Positions 10,418 through 20,145 are shown, numbered from the stretch's first letter. The stretch is DNA of 64,000 bases from a virus (IMGVR_UViG_3300029288_000001:1-64000), one strand, 5' to 3'. Notes: generated from the letters alone by a model not told the origin. Numbers and translations are program-made.

Positions 10418-11437
10418 TTATTTTCTATTTTTATTTATAAACATTTCTAATTTTACTTGTTTCATTCTATTAACTTTGCATAGTTCTTTGTTCTTTTCTT
10501 TCCAATTCTCTGGTATCTTATTATTCTTTAATGCAATAGAATTTTCTATTAATATTTCTTTATAGTATTCATTTTTCATCTTATTTTGCATTTTACCGTG
10601 GTTTTTATTATTTATAAAACCAACATTACAATATAAATCGCCTATAATAAAATGAGCATCGTTAGATTTGTCAAAATTAAAATGATGTAAATGGGCATTT
10701 TCTTCTAATGGACTTCCATCGAAAATATCACAGTAATATTGAAACTCTTTTATTTTTTCTCTAAAATCTATATCATAATTAAATCTTAATGTATAATTTC
10801 TTTTACTTATTTTATCCCGATCTGGATTCCATTCAGGATGATTCTTCCCCCTTATATATTTACTACGCCATTTATGGTAGCATTCGTTGGTGCAGAAGGC
10901 GTGGTAGTTGTTATCTTTATATCTAGAAGGTCTTATTTCTACTTCTTTAGAACACCAATTACAAGGAACCTTGGTAAAACCTCCTTTCCATTGCGGATGT
11001 TTATCGCCAGCATGTTGTCCTTTCTTGAAGGTCCCATCGTTTAAATGATCTTTGCCATAGTGATAGTAACATTCTTTGGAGCAAAAATTATGTTCGTTCG
11101 CTTCAATTCTATAAAGAAACACCATTATATCTTTATTACAATACGCACATTTTGTTTTTATTTTTGTTATTTTATGATATTTATTTCCTTTACTACGAAT
11201 ACTTACTTCGTTTCTATTGTTATCTTGTCTTTGTTTAATGGTTAGATCGTTATTCTTCTTACACCAGAACCTATGAGCATTTAACGCGCCTATACCGTTG
11301 AGTTTCTTACCACAGAGAGCGCATTCTACTTGTTTTAACATTCTCTCTTTAAACTGATTAGAGTGCCACCTATGATGGTTAGTAAACGATTGTTTCTTAG
11401 CGAATTCCTTTCCACAAACATCGCACTTAAACATCAA
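10418..11437 (-). CDS. Zinc-finger HNH-type homing endonuclease-like protein
   Basis: Two C2H2 fingers (CDVC..HHRWH, CALC..HRFWC), two CxxC...FCS/TxEC repeats with HPQWKGG/NHPEWN, and a C-terminal HLHHFNFDKSND...NHGK. AT-rich and inverted relative to its neighbours. Confidence 0.75.
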   Translation of the reverse strand: MMFKCDVCGKEFAKKQSFTNHHRWHSNQFKERMLKQVECALCGKKLNGIGALNAHRFWCKKNNDLTIKQRQDNNRNEVSIRSKGNKYHKITKIKTKCAYCNKDIMVFLYRIEANEHNFCSKECYYHYGKDHLNDGTFKKGQHAGDKHPQWKGGFTKVPCNWCSKEVEIRPSRYKDNNYHAFCTNECYHKWRSKYIRGKNHPEWNPDRDKISKRNYTLRFNYDIDFREKIKEFQYYCDIFDGSPLEENAHLHHFNFDKSNDAHFIIGDLYCNVGFINNKNHGKMQNKMKNEYYKEILIENSIALKNNKIPENWKEKNKELCKVNRMKQVKLEMFINKNRK

Positions 11438-11579
11438 TACTTTTCTCGCGCTCTAGTTTTTTCTCCAATAAATTCCGCACAGTTTGGCTAATCTTAAAGC
11501 CCCGTTCTTGTAGTTGTCTCACTATATTCTCGTCTAGCGTTAGATTATAATGTTTTAACGAGTTATTTTTTTCTTTCAT
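11427..11579 (-). CDS. Small RHH protein (50 aa), not in the ORF track
   Basis: MKEKNNSLKHYNLTLDENIVRQLQERGFKISQTVRNLLEKKLEREKSIDV. TTTATATG lies about 25 nt upstream; the gene overlaps the HNH start. Confidence 0.7.
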   Translation of the reverse strand: MKEKNNSLKHYNLTLDENIVRQLQERGFKISQTVRNLLEKKLEREKSIDV

Positions 11580-11748
11580 AAGTATAGGAGTGTATCAATA
11601 CATATAAATGTTCTTATACGAGTAAAACAATATTATACTTTATGATCAAGGAAGAAAAGAAACGGACGGGGTGAGCGACATCTCGTTCATAAAATTTAAT
11701 TTTTCTTTTTTTTATTTCAATTTCACGATAATTAGAGGTTGATCCATC

Positions 11749-12924
11749 ATTACCACTTACTTAATCCACAAAGAACCCATCGGACGCGACGAGCTAGGCA
11801 TGACCATCGGCGAAGGTCGGGCGTACACGAAAGTCCTTTACGTGTCCAAGAACGGTTCTAATACCGATGGAAGTAATTGGAATTTAGCGTATACTACTTT
11901 TGCGGGCGCGTATGCGGCAGCGTCAGCGTCGGCAAACGAACTTACTTGTATTATGATCGGTCCTGGCACTTACGATCTCGACACCGCGGGCGATCCTACT
12001 TACACGAAAAACATTGTGATCCGAGGAGGACACCGCAATAAAACCACGATCACGAACACGAATGTAGGGGCGACTTCTATTATGAAGTTCACGGGGTTTG
12101 CCGCGTTGTATTACCTTACTTTCGATGTAGGCGCAACGGGCATTAACGGAGTTATATTTTCTGGCGCAAGCGCATCGGGATCAAGAGTATTTAATTGTTA
12201 TTTCGAGTGCGAGAACGCAATGGGGGCACAAACCGCGTTATATGTAGGAGACACTATAGAATATATAAAATGTAGAGATGTGATCGTCCACGGCGCGGTT
12301 GCGAACACGAAATCGTTGCGGTTAAACGGTTGCACAAACAGTTGGTTCGAACAATTTAAAATATTTCATAGCTTAGTTGGAGTTCATTTAGATACTACAA
12401 ACGACGAGAACAACGTGTTCGAAGACACTTACATTTACAGTAGCGCAACGGGGTTATTAATTGACGCGGGAGCGGATTATAACAGTTTCGAAACTTTAAA
12501 ACTCCGAGGAAACACGTTAAATATCAACGATTCTGGCACGGGCACGATCTATAAAGATGTGGATTACACGGCACGAGCGTCCGTAGCTCCAGACGATCTA
12601 ACGGGCGTAGAAGCAACCGCAAATGGAGCAGCAAATACTTGGGGAGTCGCGGCGGCGTTACGAGCGGCAAGCGCAACTCCTTACGAAGTCACGGGAATAG
12701 TATTTGAGCCAAACACGCAAGAAAGGTATGGGTTAAAACTATCGTCCGACGGAGGATCTACCAATTTATGGCAAGGAGTGGTAGAAGGAAGGCAAAATCA
12801 AGTCGATAGAATATTGTTTGACGAACCCGTGTGGTGCAACCAAGGCACCGCGATTACCGCGTATATCAAAAGCGAAACTGGCGGTAAGAAACAAATATTA
12901 TGGGTTAAAATAAAAACGGTTTAA
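11749..12924 (+). CDS. Beta-helix virion protein; probable ATT start at 11749 (first ATG at 11800)
   Basis: VLYVSKNGSNTDGSNW..AYTT and IMIGPGTY are typical beta-helix N-terminal motifs. GAGGTTGA lies 6 nt before ATT, the same spacing as AGGTTGA before ATG 21512. Confidence 0.7.
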   Translation: MTTYLIHKEPIGRDELGMTIGEGRAYTKVLYVSKNGSNTDGSNWNLAYTTFAGAYAAASASANELTCIMIGPGTYDLDTAGDPTYTKNIVIRGGHRNKTTITNTNVGATSIMKFTGFAALYYLTFDVGATGINGVIFSGASASGSRVFNCYFECENAMGAQTALYVGDTIEYIKCRDVIVHGAVANTKSLRLNGCTNSWFEQFKIFHSLVGVHLDTTNDENNVFEDTYIYSSATGLLIDAGADYNSFETLKLRGNTLNINDSGTGTIYKDVDYTARASVAPDDLTGVEATANGAANTWGVAAALRAASATPYEVTGIVFEPNTQERYGLKLSSDGGSTNLWQGVVEGRQNQVDRILFDEPVWCNQGTAITAYIKSETGGKKQILWVKIKTV

Positions 12925-12982
12925 ACTTAAAAAATAAATAGATATAAACTAATAGTAAAGGTAATAAAAAAAGGAAAAAAAT

Positions 12983-13765
12983 ATGACGACAGTAATTTCG
13001 CATAGTATAGCAGGAACGGGACATTATAAGAGTCCACACGGGTTCGAGAACGACGCAAACGCCGCCGATCCGTATGGATGGACTACCACCGAAGTCTTGG
13101 GAACAATTGCAGTAGGTGCGTCTTACACAACTCATAATAAAGTAGTAGATCAGAGTCGTACTGCTACAGGCGGAGGAAATATTAGTTTAATAAATACATT
13201 CGTTTCAGCACAAGGATATGGTACTATAGAATGTTGGTTTGCAACTACCGATGTTACAAAAATTAATGTATTGGTTGTAAAAGGAGGTAGTGACAATGCT
13301 ATAATTATAGAACAAAGTGGAAGTAATTTTTACGCGTATAATGGCAATGGTATAGGAGGTGGAGCATACTCAGCAGCATTAGTTGCCGCCGCAAACGCAA
13401 CATGGTATCGTATACGAATCGATTTTGAATGTACAGCGGGTGGATATCTAGGCATGGGACAATATAAATGGAGTTTATGGATAAACGGTACAGAATATGA
13501 TAACGCAGGAGCGCATTGGGGTTTTACAAATAATCAGGCAACATTAACCACATTTTATACTCAATTAGCTTCTAATAACGCATATCATAGTTATATGGAT
13601 GGTGTTGGGTATTCATGGGATTCTGGTTACGCTCTTGGAGATAACAATACAGAGTACACTTCAGTTCCATACAAACGCGCTCTCGCTAGACGAGGTACGC
13701 ACGAGAGCCACCACGATTTTAGCTCATTTGACATTACTAAAATGAGCTTTCCACAACAATTATGA
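12983..13765 (+). CDS. ConA/LamG-like domain paralogue 1 of 5, with conserved termini
   Basis: MTTVISHSIAGTG head, GTIE-W, WYRIRIDF, and tail RRGTHESHHDFSSFDITKMSFPQQL. Confidence 0.75.
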   Translation: MTTVISHSIAGTGHYKSPHGFENDANAADPYGWTTTEVLGTIAVGASYTTHNKVVDQSRTATGGGNISLINTFVSAQGYGTIECWFATTDVTKINVLVVKGGSDNAIIIEQSGSNFYAYNGNGIGGGAYSAALVAAANATWYRIRIDFECTAGGYLGMGQYKWSLWINGTEYDNAGAHWGFTNNQATLTTFYTQLASNNAYHSYMDGVGYSWDSGYALGDNNTEYTSVPYKRALARRGTHESHHDFSSFDITKMSFPQQL

Positions 13766-13778
13766 GGAGATTATAAAA

Positions 13779-14531
13779 ATGACAACCGTAATTTCACATA
13801 GTATAGCGGGAACGGGTATATATAAAACTCCCATTGGTTTCGCGAACGACGCCAACGCCGCTTTTCCTTACAGGTGGACAAATCAGAGTACAGCAACTTC
13901 GACGACAACTGTTATAGCAAGCGCGGGCACGCATAATAAAGTGTTAGAATTATACGACGCTACGAATTTAACACGAGCGCAATGTTATTTCACTCTTTCG
14001 GCGGATGTAGTATCGGGAACAATCGAATGGTATTGGTCAATAAGCGCAATAAACAAGTTTAATTGCATTTGGCTAAAAGATTCGGCTGCGGCAGAAATGC
14101 TCTATTTAGAGAATCAAACTGGAACTTCGGTATATAGATGTTTAAGCTCGGGCGCTGTGTGGACAACGTTAATCAATCCCATCGTTGCAGCACAATGGTA
14201 TCATTTTAGAGTTGATTATGTCGTAGCAACTCATAAATGTAATGTGTATGTCGATGGCGTTCTAAAGGCAGATAATGTCGATTTCACAAACAACGGTGCG
14301 CTTGGTTTTTATAAATTTCATACAGATACTGCAAACACACCAAACGCATTCTACGTGTATTTCGATGCTATAGGAGTTACGGGCGTAAACGGTTACGCAA
14401 TTGGCGATAATCTAAATGCGTATACTTCCGTGGTCTACAAACGCGCTCTCGCTAGAAGGGGTACTCACGAGTCCCACCACGACTTCAGCGCGTTTGATAT
14501 TACCAAAATGAGCTTTCCACAACAAATATGA
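13779..14531 (+). CDS. ConA/LamG-like paralogue 2 of 5
   Basis: Same head and tail; WYHFRVDY...VYVDG. Confidence 0.75.
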   Translation: MTTVISHSIAGTGIYKTPIGFANDANAAFPYRWTNQSTATSTTTVIASAGTHNKVLELYDATNLTRAQCYFTLSADVVSGTIEWYWSISAINKFNCIWLKDSAAAEMLYLENQTGTSVYRCLSSGAVWTTLINPIVAAQWYHFRVDYVVATHKCNVYVDGVLKADNVDFTNNGALGFYKFHTDTANTPNAFYVYFDAIGVTGVNGYAIGDNLNAYTSVVYKRALARRGTHESHHDFSAFDITKMSFPQQI

Positions 14532-14543
14532 GGAGATAATTAT

Positions 14544-15299
14544 ATGACAACAGTAAAAGCGTATAGTATTGCGGGCACGGGATATTATAAAAGTAATACA
14601 TGGGGGTTCGAGAACGATGCGAACGCAGCATTGCCTTACCGTTGGACATCCGCATATGCAGGTACAAATTCAATACAAACAATCAATGCGAGCCAAACTA
14701 CGCATAATAAAATTTTTCAGTTAAAATGTGGAGACGGGGGTGCGTCTCATTGGTCTGGAATACAACTTACTATTAATATTAATAGTACTTTTGATGTTGA
14801 AATGTGGTGGTATCAAGACGCTGTTGCGGCGAATTGTTGGATTGGCTTTACCGATGAAGGTACTAACATTCTCGGATTAGGAGCTATTAGTAGTTTATGG
14901 AAAATGTTACACGGTGGATGGGATACAATTGGCACGGGAACGGCACCATTATTAAATACTTGGCAACATATAAGCATACGGAATATTAATTTTGATACGA
15001 ATACATACGATATTTATATTGATGGCGCTACTCTAGCAGGTGGTTCTACAGGGCTTCCGTTCGGAAATGCGGCTACTAAACTTACTAATGTTGTTATTAT
15101 ATCAGGCACTGATCTCAAATCACTTTATATAGATGGTCTTGCTTTTACTTGTTATGGCAATTACACGCGAGGCGACAACATAAACGCTTACGATACGGTA
15201 GTTTATCGTAACACCAAAGCCCGTAGAGGAACCCACGAAAGCCACCACGACTTTAGCGCGTTCGATATCACCAAAATGAGTTTTCCAAGCCAAATATAA
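14544..15299 (+). CDS. ConA/LamG-like paralogue 3 of 5
   Basis: Same tail; NTWQHISI...YDIYIDG...LYIDG. Confidence 0.75.
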   Translation: MTTVKAYSIAGTGYYKSNTWGFENDANAALPYRWTSAYAGTNSIQTINASQTTHNKIFQLKCGDGGASHWSGIQLTININSTFDVEMWWYQDAVAANCWIGFTDEGTNILGLGAISSLWKMLHGGWDTIGTGTAPLLNTWQHISIRNINFDTNTYDIYIDGATLAGGSTGLPFGNAATKLTNVVIISGTDLKSLYIDGLAFTCYGNYTRGDNINAYDTVVYRNTKARRGTHESHHDFSAFDITKMSFPSQI

Positions 15300-15313
15300 G
15301 AGGTAAATAAAAA

Positions 15314-16096
15314 ATGACAACTGTAATTTCACATAGTATAGCGGGAACAGGGCACTATAAATCGAACCACGGTTTCGTGAACGACGCGAACGGTGCCGAT
15401 CCGTATAGATGGACTGTATCAGAGGCAGGTGGAACAGTGGGTATAATTGCGTCTTCTACTACTCATAATAAAGTGTTAGAATTACACGATACGAGCGGAG
15501 CTGCGTTAGTATCGGCAAAAACCCCCGATTTTGATCAAGGATATGGCACCATAGAATATTGGTATAAAACATCTAAAATAGCAGATACACATAATTTTCT
15601 ATACGCGTATAGCGAAGACGATACTATGTTACTTAGATTATCTACGCTTAGTACAGGCGGAATTACAGGTTGGTATTATTATAACGGAGGAGGAAATGTT
15701 AAAATCACGGGATTTCCCGATCCAGCCGTTGATACGTGGTATCGCGTTCGAATAGACTTTGAATGTACCGCGGGAGGTTACTTAGGACTTGCACAATATA
15801 CGTGGAAGCTAACGGTTGATGGAACCGCTCAAACTTCCGCGGATCAAGGATTTTTAGCAAATAAACCAGAGTTTCATTACCTTACTTTCGAAACACATGC
15901 CGCACATAACACTTATTACGACTATATAGAAGCGCTAGGATTTTCATGGGATGGAAATTACACGATAGGCGATAACGCAACCGAGTATACTTCCGTGGTG
16001 TACAAACACGCCAAGGCAAGACGCGGAACCCACGAAAGCCACCACGATTTTAGCGCGTTTGATATCACCAAAATGTCTTTTCCGAGCCAAATATGA
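15314..16096 (+). CDS. ConA/LamG-like paralogue 4 of 5
   Basis: Same head and tail; WYRVRIDFECTAGGYLG. Confidence 0.75.
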   Translation: MTTVISHSIAGTGHYKSNHGFVNDANGADPYRWTVSEAGGTVGIIASSTTHNKVLELHDTSGAALVSAKTPDFDQGYGTIEYWYKTSKIADTHNFLYAYSEDDTMLLRLSTLSTGGITGWYYYNGGGNVKITGFPDPAVDTWYRVRIDFECTAGGYLGLAQYTWKLTVDGTAQTSADQGFLANKPEFHYLTFETHAAHNTYYDYIEALGFSWDGNYTIGDNATEYTSVVYKHAKARRGTHESHHDFSAFDITKMSFPSQI

Positions 16097-16108
16097 GGAG
16101 ATAATTAA

Positions 16109-16876
16109 ATGACATCAGTTATATCACATTCCATTGCGGGAACAGGTCATTATAAAGATCCGTATAGTTTTAAGAACGATGCAAATGCAGTAGCTCCGTA
16201 TTACGACGGTTGGACATTTACATTATCGGCTAGTTGCACGGCACAAATGATCGCCTCGGCGGGCACACATAATAAAGTGTTAGAACTCTACGATAATAAC
16301 GCTGCGGGAAACGCAGTAGCTAAATTTAGGATTGGTACTCAAACCAGCGGAACCATAGAATATTGGATCATGGTATCAAATTCTGATGTTATTATTCTTA
16401 TGCAAATGGACTCGGGTGACGCTTCAAATGGACCTAATTTACGGTTTAATGCCGACGCAACCATAGAATATAGAAATGCGGCTGCTGTATGGACAGACAT
16501 TGTAGGTTACGCCGCAAATACGTGGTATCGTATAAGAATTGATTTTGAATGTGGAGCAGGGGGATACGAAGGATTAGCGGCAGATCACATGCATGTTTAT
16601 ATTAATGACACGAAATATTCAGATCTTGAGTTTTATAAAGCAAAAGACAATTTAACTCGGTTATATATATCGTCAAATAATGTAGCGGTGGGAACCTATA
16701 CTTATATAGATGCAACTGGTTTTGTGGGTTTAAATGGATATATACTTGGCGATAATGCGACCCAATACACGACGATTCCCTATAAACATGTCAAAGCTAA
16801 ACGAGGTGCACACGAGAGCCACCACGACTTTTCGAGCTTCGATATCACTAAAATGAGCTTTCCGAGCCAGATATGA
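16109..16876 (+). CDS. ConA/LamG-like paralogue 5 of 5
   Basis: Same head and tail; WYRIRIDFECGAGGY. Confidence 0.75.
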   Translation: MTSVISHSIAGTGHYKDPYSFKNDANAVAPYYDGWTFTLSASCTAQMIASAGTHNKVLELYDNNAAGNAVAKFRIGTQTSGTIEYWIMVSNSDVIILMQMDSGDASNGPNLRFNADATIEYRNAAAVWTDIVGYAANTWYRIRIDFECGAGGYEGLAADHMHVYINDTKYSDLEFYKAKDNLTRLYISSNNVAVGTYTYIDATGFVGLNGYILGDNATQYTTIPYKHVKAKRGAHESHHDFSSFDITKMSFPSQI

Positions 16877-17037
16877 AACGAAGATTAGAGGTAGTAGTTA
16901 AGGACGAGACGGGTAAAGAATACATTGCCCATGGCGATCAATGTTATATCAAGACTAAAACCTTAAAGACTAGGTTGGGTATAGAAGAAATGAAAGAAAC
17001 GATCACATGCAAGAGGATTGACATTGACAAACGATAA
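16873..17037 (+). CDS. Small hypothetical protein (54 aa), not in the ORF track
   Basis: ATGA overlap with paralogue 5; MKRRLEVVVKDETGKEYIAHGDQC. Confidence 0.55.
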   Translation: MKRRLEVVVKDETGKEYIAHGDQCYIKTKTLKTRLGIEEMKETITCKRIDIDKR

Positions 17038-17533
17038 AGAGAAACTCGTAGAAACCGCTAAGCTCGTATTTGGCACCACGGACTCGTGCGAACGCGCAGG
17101 GTTCATACTTCCAGACGGTTCTATGCTCGATTTTGGTAATCCTGACAACAAGAACGAGAAACAACGCTATATGGACCACTCCGATATATGGCAGGTGTTT
17201 GACGACGACTACGCGGCGAAGAAGAAACGGATAGATAATTTAGTAGCAGACTTCGTAGACAACGCGGAGGCGGTAAGAGTTCTTAGTTCGAGAGGGATTT
17301 ATGCGTTAGAACTCCCGTGGACGAATGTTACCAAAGAACAATGGGAGAAAATAGAAGATTGTTCGTGTAGACCTGCGGTAAAGAAAATCGAGTTCGATAC
17401 CTGGTATAACGATGGTAGTCGATGGAGCGGACGCGCAGATGACGATAATTGTATAGATCGCGTGGAAGAAGTCAAGCGTTACTATGCGCAGAGGGAGCAC
17501 CTATTAAGATGGAAAGAAAAAGAAAACGAATAA
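17018..17533 (+). CDS. Hypothetical protein with an AGFILPDGSMLDF...DHSDI motif
   Basis: The motif resembles a domain I recall from phage polyvalent proteins. TTG start after GAGGA. Confidence 0.5.
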   Translation: MTLTNDKEKLVETAKLVFGTTDSCERAGFILPDGSMLDFGNPDNKNEKQRYMDHSDIWQVFDDDYAAKKKRIDNLVADFVDNAEAVRVLSSRGIYALELPWTNVTKEQWEKIEDCSCRPAVKKIEFDTWYNDGSRWSGRADDDNCIDRVEEVKRYYAQREHLLRWKEKENE

Positions 17534-17534
17534 A

Positions 17535-17550
17535 CTAAACCTTTATTAAC
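17535..17550 (+). promoter_or_regulatory. BRE/TATA-like element CTAAA(C/A)CTTTATTAA, repeated at 18222-18236
   Basis: Two near-identical copies, each at the upstream edge of an intergenic gap, before 17602 and 18299. Confidence 0.5.
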
Positions 17551-17601
17551 TAAAAGGGGTCTCTATAAAGTAAAAGAAGTTAAAACATTGAGTTGAAAAA
17601 A

Positions 17602-17814
17602 ATGGCAAAACATCAAGATATGTGTCGTCGCGCGAAGAACGGGGCTCTTACTTCTATTGGAATACTCGCGGCAAGTAGCGTGTTAGTAGCTAAGCCCACA
17701 ACAATAGGTGTAGTAAACGAGAACGGAGTCCGCGCAATTGGTATAGGAGGGCTCGTTCTTGGAGCGTATCTAACCTATAAGAGCGCGAAACATATAAAAA
17801 AGAAATGTTATTAA
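17602..17814 (+). CDS. Small membrane protein
   Basis: Two Gly-rich hydrophobic segments with basic ends. Confidence 0.6.
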   Translation: MAKHQDMCRRAKNGALTSIGILAASSVLVAKPTTIGVVNENGVRAIGIGGLVLGAYLTYKSAKHIKKKCY

Positions 17815-17829
17815 AAGGCGTCAATTGTT

Positions 17830-18225
17830 GTGGTTGAAAAGGAAGAAGACATTAAACGATATCAAGACAAGAAGTATTACTTAAAACTCTCCCAAGAGAT
17901 CATCGATAAGATCAAAACTACATGGGGAGGAGGCGATCTGAGCACCGAGGAGTTGATGTCAAAGCTAGGAAGTCTTTCCCTTTCTACCGAGTGCCACGAT
18001 CTATTAGATCAGGTTGACGCTAGTATAGTATATACCAAGGAGGTCGTGGACGACTTAGAGGAGTGCTGGCACGATTTAAATAAAGAAAACACTTGTGGAC
18101 ACCAACTGAACGCGATCTACGATGCAGTAGAGGAACTAAAGGATCATTACAAAGACCTCGTGAAATGCGCGATCCAAACCGAATTTTATTTAGAAAAAGA
18201 AAAACGAAAAAAAGAACCTTACTAA
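17830..18225 (+). CDS. Acidic helical hypothetical protein
   Basis: ORF track; GTG start. Confidence 0.6.
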   Translation: MVEKEEDIKRYQDKKYYLKLSQEIIDKIKTTWGGGDLSTEELMSKLGSLSLSTECHDLLDQVDASIVYTKEVVDDLEECWHDLNKENTCGHQLNAIYDAVEELKDHYKDLVKCAIQTEFYLEKEKRKKEPY

Positions 18226-18298
18226 AACTTTATTAAGTTAAATGCTAATAAAATAGAATAATGAACGAATTTTTATAAATAATAGAGATTGAAAAAAT

Positions 18299-18685
18299 AT
18301 GACTTGGTCAAAAATAAAAACTACGGAGTTTCCGTGGCAGAAATATAAAAGGTTAGAAGAGGAAAACGCGCGTCTTAGCGCAGAGGTCGCCAAGATGAAA
18401 GTAGAGAATGTGCAAGCTAAAAACATTATTAACATCATAAACGGCAACACGATCGTAGATAAAAACACCATGGATCTCGTGGAAAAAGGTATTGTGGACG
18501 CCAAAAGGCGAAGATCGTCGTATCAGAAAGTAATGGACGGTCATTTTCAATCGCGCTTTACCAATCCTACTTATTTTACGAATGTAGGATTACGAGACGG
18601 CGAAGAAAATACATTCAATCAGTTAAAAACCGTATTGTCTCAGCTACAAAAGGACTACAATACGAAATACGGGTGGATGGGATAA
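18299..18685 (+). CDS. EFPWQ coiled-coil family member 1
   Basis: TEFPWQKYKRLEEEN head; N..VD...DY..KY tail. Confidence 0.7.
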   Translation: MTWSKIKTTEFPWQKYKRLEEENARLSAEVAKMKVENVQAKNIINIINGNTIVDKNTMDLVEKGIVDAKRRRSSYQKVMDGHFQSRFTNPTYFTNVGLRDGEENTFNQLKTVLSQLQKDYNTKYGWMG

Positions 18686-18689
18686 AGAA

Positions 18690-18839
18690 ATGCCATTAAT
18701 AGATCAGAATATAGAAGAACGGATAAATATATGTGATAGGAGAGGTTCTATTGATGAATCTATATCGTGTAAATTAAATATAGTTATTAATCTATTAGCA
18801 CATATGGATAAAGAATTAGAGAAAATCAAGAGGCATTAA
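18690..18839 (+). CDS. Small hypothetical protein (49 aa), not in the ORF track
   Basis: MPLIDQNIEERINIC...KIKRH fills the gap between two family members exactly. Confidence 0.5.
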   Translation: MPLIDQNIEERINICDRRGSIDESISCKLNIVINLLAHMDKELEKIKRH

Positions 18840-18841
18840 AA

Positions 18842-19441
18842 ATGACAGAAAAAACAGGTTGGATGCAAGTAAAAGTTCCCGAGTTTCCGTGGCAGCGTCT
18901 CAAGCGGTTGGAAGAGAACAACGCCGCGATCCAAGAAGAAAACATCCAGTTAAAACAACAAGTGCAAGCGTTAACGGAACAGAACCGCGCGATCGCGAAC
19001 GAGAACTATTCTTTCCAACAACAAGTAGCCGCGTTAACGAAGCGACAGGAGCAGCTCGTGGGTTCGAACCAAGAACTAGGCGCCGCGAACGCCGCCTTAC
19101 AAAACGAAAACATTACTCTAAGGAAGCAGCTTAGCTTACCTTCCAACATCGAAAACAACAAGAGAATCGACTACTACGAAGTATTATCTTTATATAGCAT
19201 TGCTGATAGCTACGATCACACGATTGAAGAAATGAAGAGTAATATCGAAAGAGGAAAAGTAGACCTCAACGCGCCAGTTCCAGCAGGAGCAAAGATAGGA
19301 GAGGTGATCGACATGCAATTCAGACTCCTATTAAGAGGATCAAAGGATTTTAAAGCATCCGCCGCACGGTTCGAAAAGGACTTCTCCCAGAAATACAGCG
19401 GGGACACCACCACGGCGTATAGAAACACGCACAACGTGTAA
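18842..19441 (+). CDS. EFPWQ coiled-coil family member 2
   Basis: PEFPWQRLKRLEENN head, heptads, NKRIDYYE...DFSQKY tail. Confidence 0.7.
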   Translation: MTEKTGWMQVKVPEFPWQRLKRLEENNAAIQEENIQLKQQVQALTEQNRAIANENYSFQQQVAALTKRQEQLVGSNQELGAANAALQNENITLRKQLSLPSNIENNKRIDYYEVLSLYSIADSYDHTIEEMKSNIERGKVDLNAPVPAGAKIGEVIDMQFRLLLRGSKDFKASAARFEKDFSQKYSGDTTTAYRNTHNV

Positions 19442-19456
19442 GAGGTTCTAAGTTAA

Positions 19457-19711
19457 ATGGTAGATAAATTAATAGATTTCCGCAAAGTAGAAGAAACATC
19501 AAAACAACTAAACCAACTCCTTTTAACTGGTTTAAGAATAATTGATGACCACGCATATTACAAAGAGAAATGTGCAATCTTTAATCATATGTCAGAAGAT
19601 GAAAAGCGCTACGCTGGATCAGATTCAGAAGCGTGTAAAAAAGAAGATGATCTCTACACTAAATATAGAAACTTTTTGGTAAAATTAAAAGAGGTTGATG
19701 ATGCGTTTTGA
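19457..19711 (+). CDS. Hypothetical protein
   Basis: GAGGT SD; operon packing. Confidence 0.55.
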   Translation: MVDKLIDFRKVEETSKQLNQLLLTGLRIIDDHAYYKEKCAIFNHMSEDEKRYAGSDSEACKKEDDLYTKYRNFLVKLKEVDDAF

Positions 19712-20145
19712 CGATACTAAATCAAACGAAAGTAGCCGAGCTTTATAGCTCTGCGTTACCCAGCGCCGACGCTGCCGTTGACGCGGAAGTCGCCGCGTAT
19801 GTTCCATCGAAGAGGTGTCCGTATTGCCAGAGCTACGACATGCACTATAAATTCCAAGGCAATTACGGCGTGTGCATTCATTGCGAAACGCATAATATCT
19901 TCGGGCACATCTTTCCGTATCTAAAGGGAAAGAAATACGCGAACCAAGAACTTACTAAGGACCAGATCGCCCAAGCGTGGCTCGACGCGAATGGAAGTCT
20001 GATCGCCGCCGATAAGGTCGCAGGGAAGTTCTATTATCTGATCGGGAAGTTAACGCTAAGGACCGACACCAAGACCGTCGCAGTTATAGCCGCGGAGGCA
20101 GAGGCAGTAAAGATGGCAGAAGCAGTAGCAGAGGAGAAATTATAA
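19708..20145 (+). CDS. Zinc-ribbon-containing hypothetical protein
   Basis: CPYC...CIHC; TTG start in a TTGA overlap. Confidence 0.6.
   Translation: MTILNQTKVAELYSSALPSADAAVDAEVAAYVPSKRCPYCQSYDMHYKFQGNYGVCIHCETHNIFGHIFPYLKGKKYANQELTKDQIAQAWLDANGSLIAADKVAGKFYYLIGKLTLRTDTKTVAVIAAEAEAVKMAEAVAEEKL

Noticed and set aside
12983-16876. Diversity-generating retroelement or shufflon behind the five paralogues
   Set aside because: No reverse transcriptase, recombinase or inverted repeats seen. Differences between copies are synonymous and not adenine-specific, and each copy is a complete gene.
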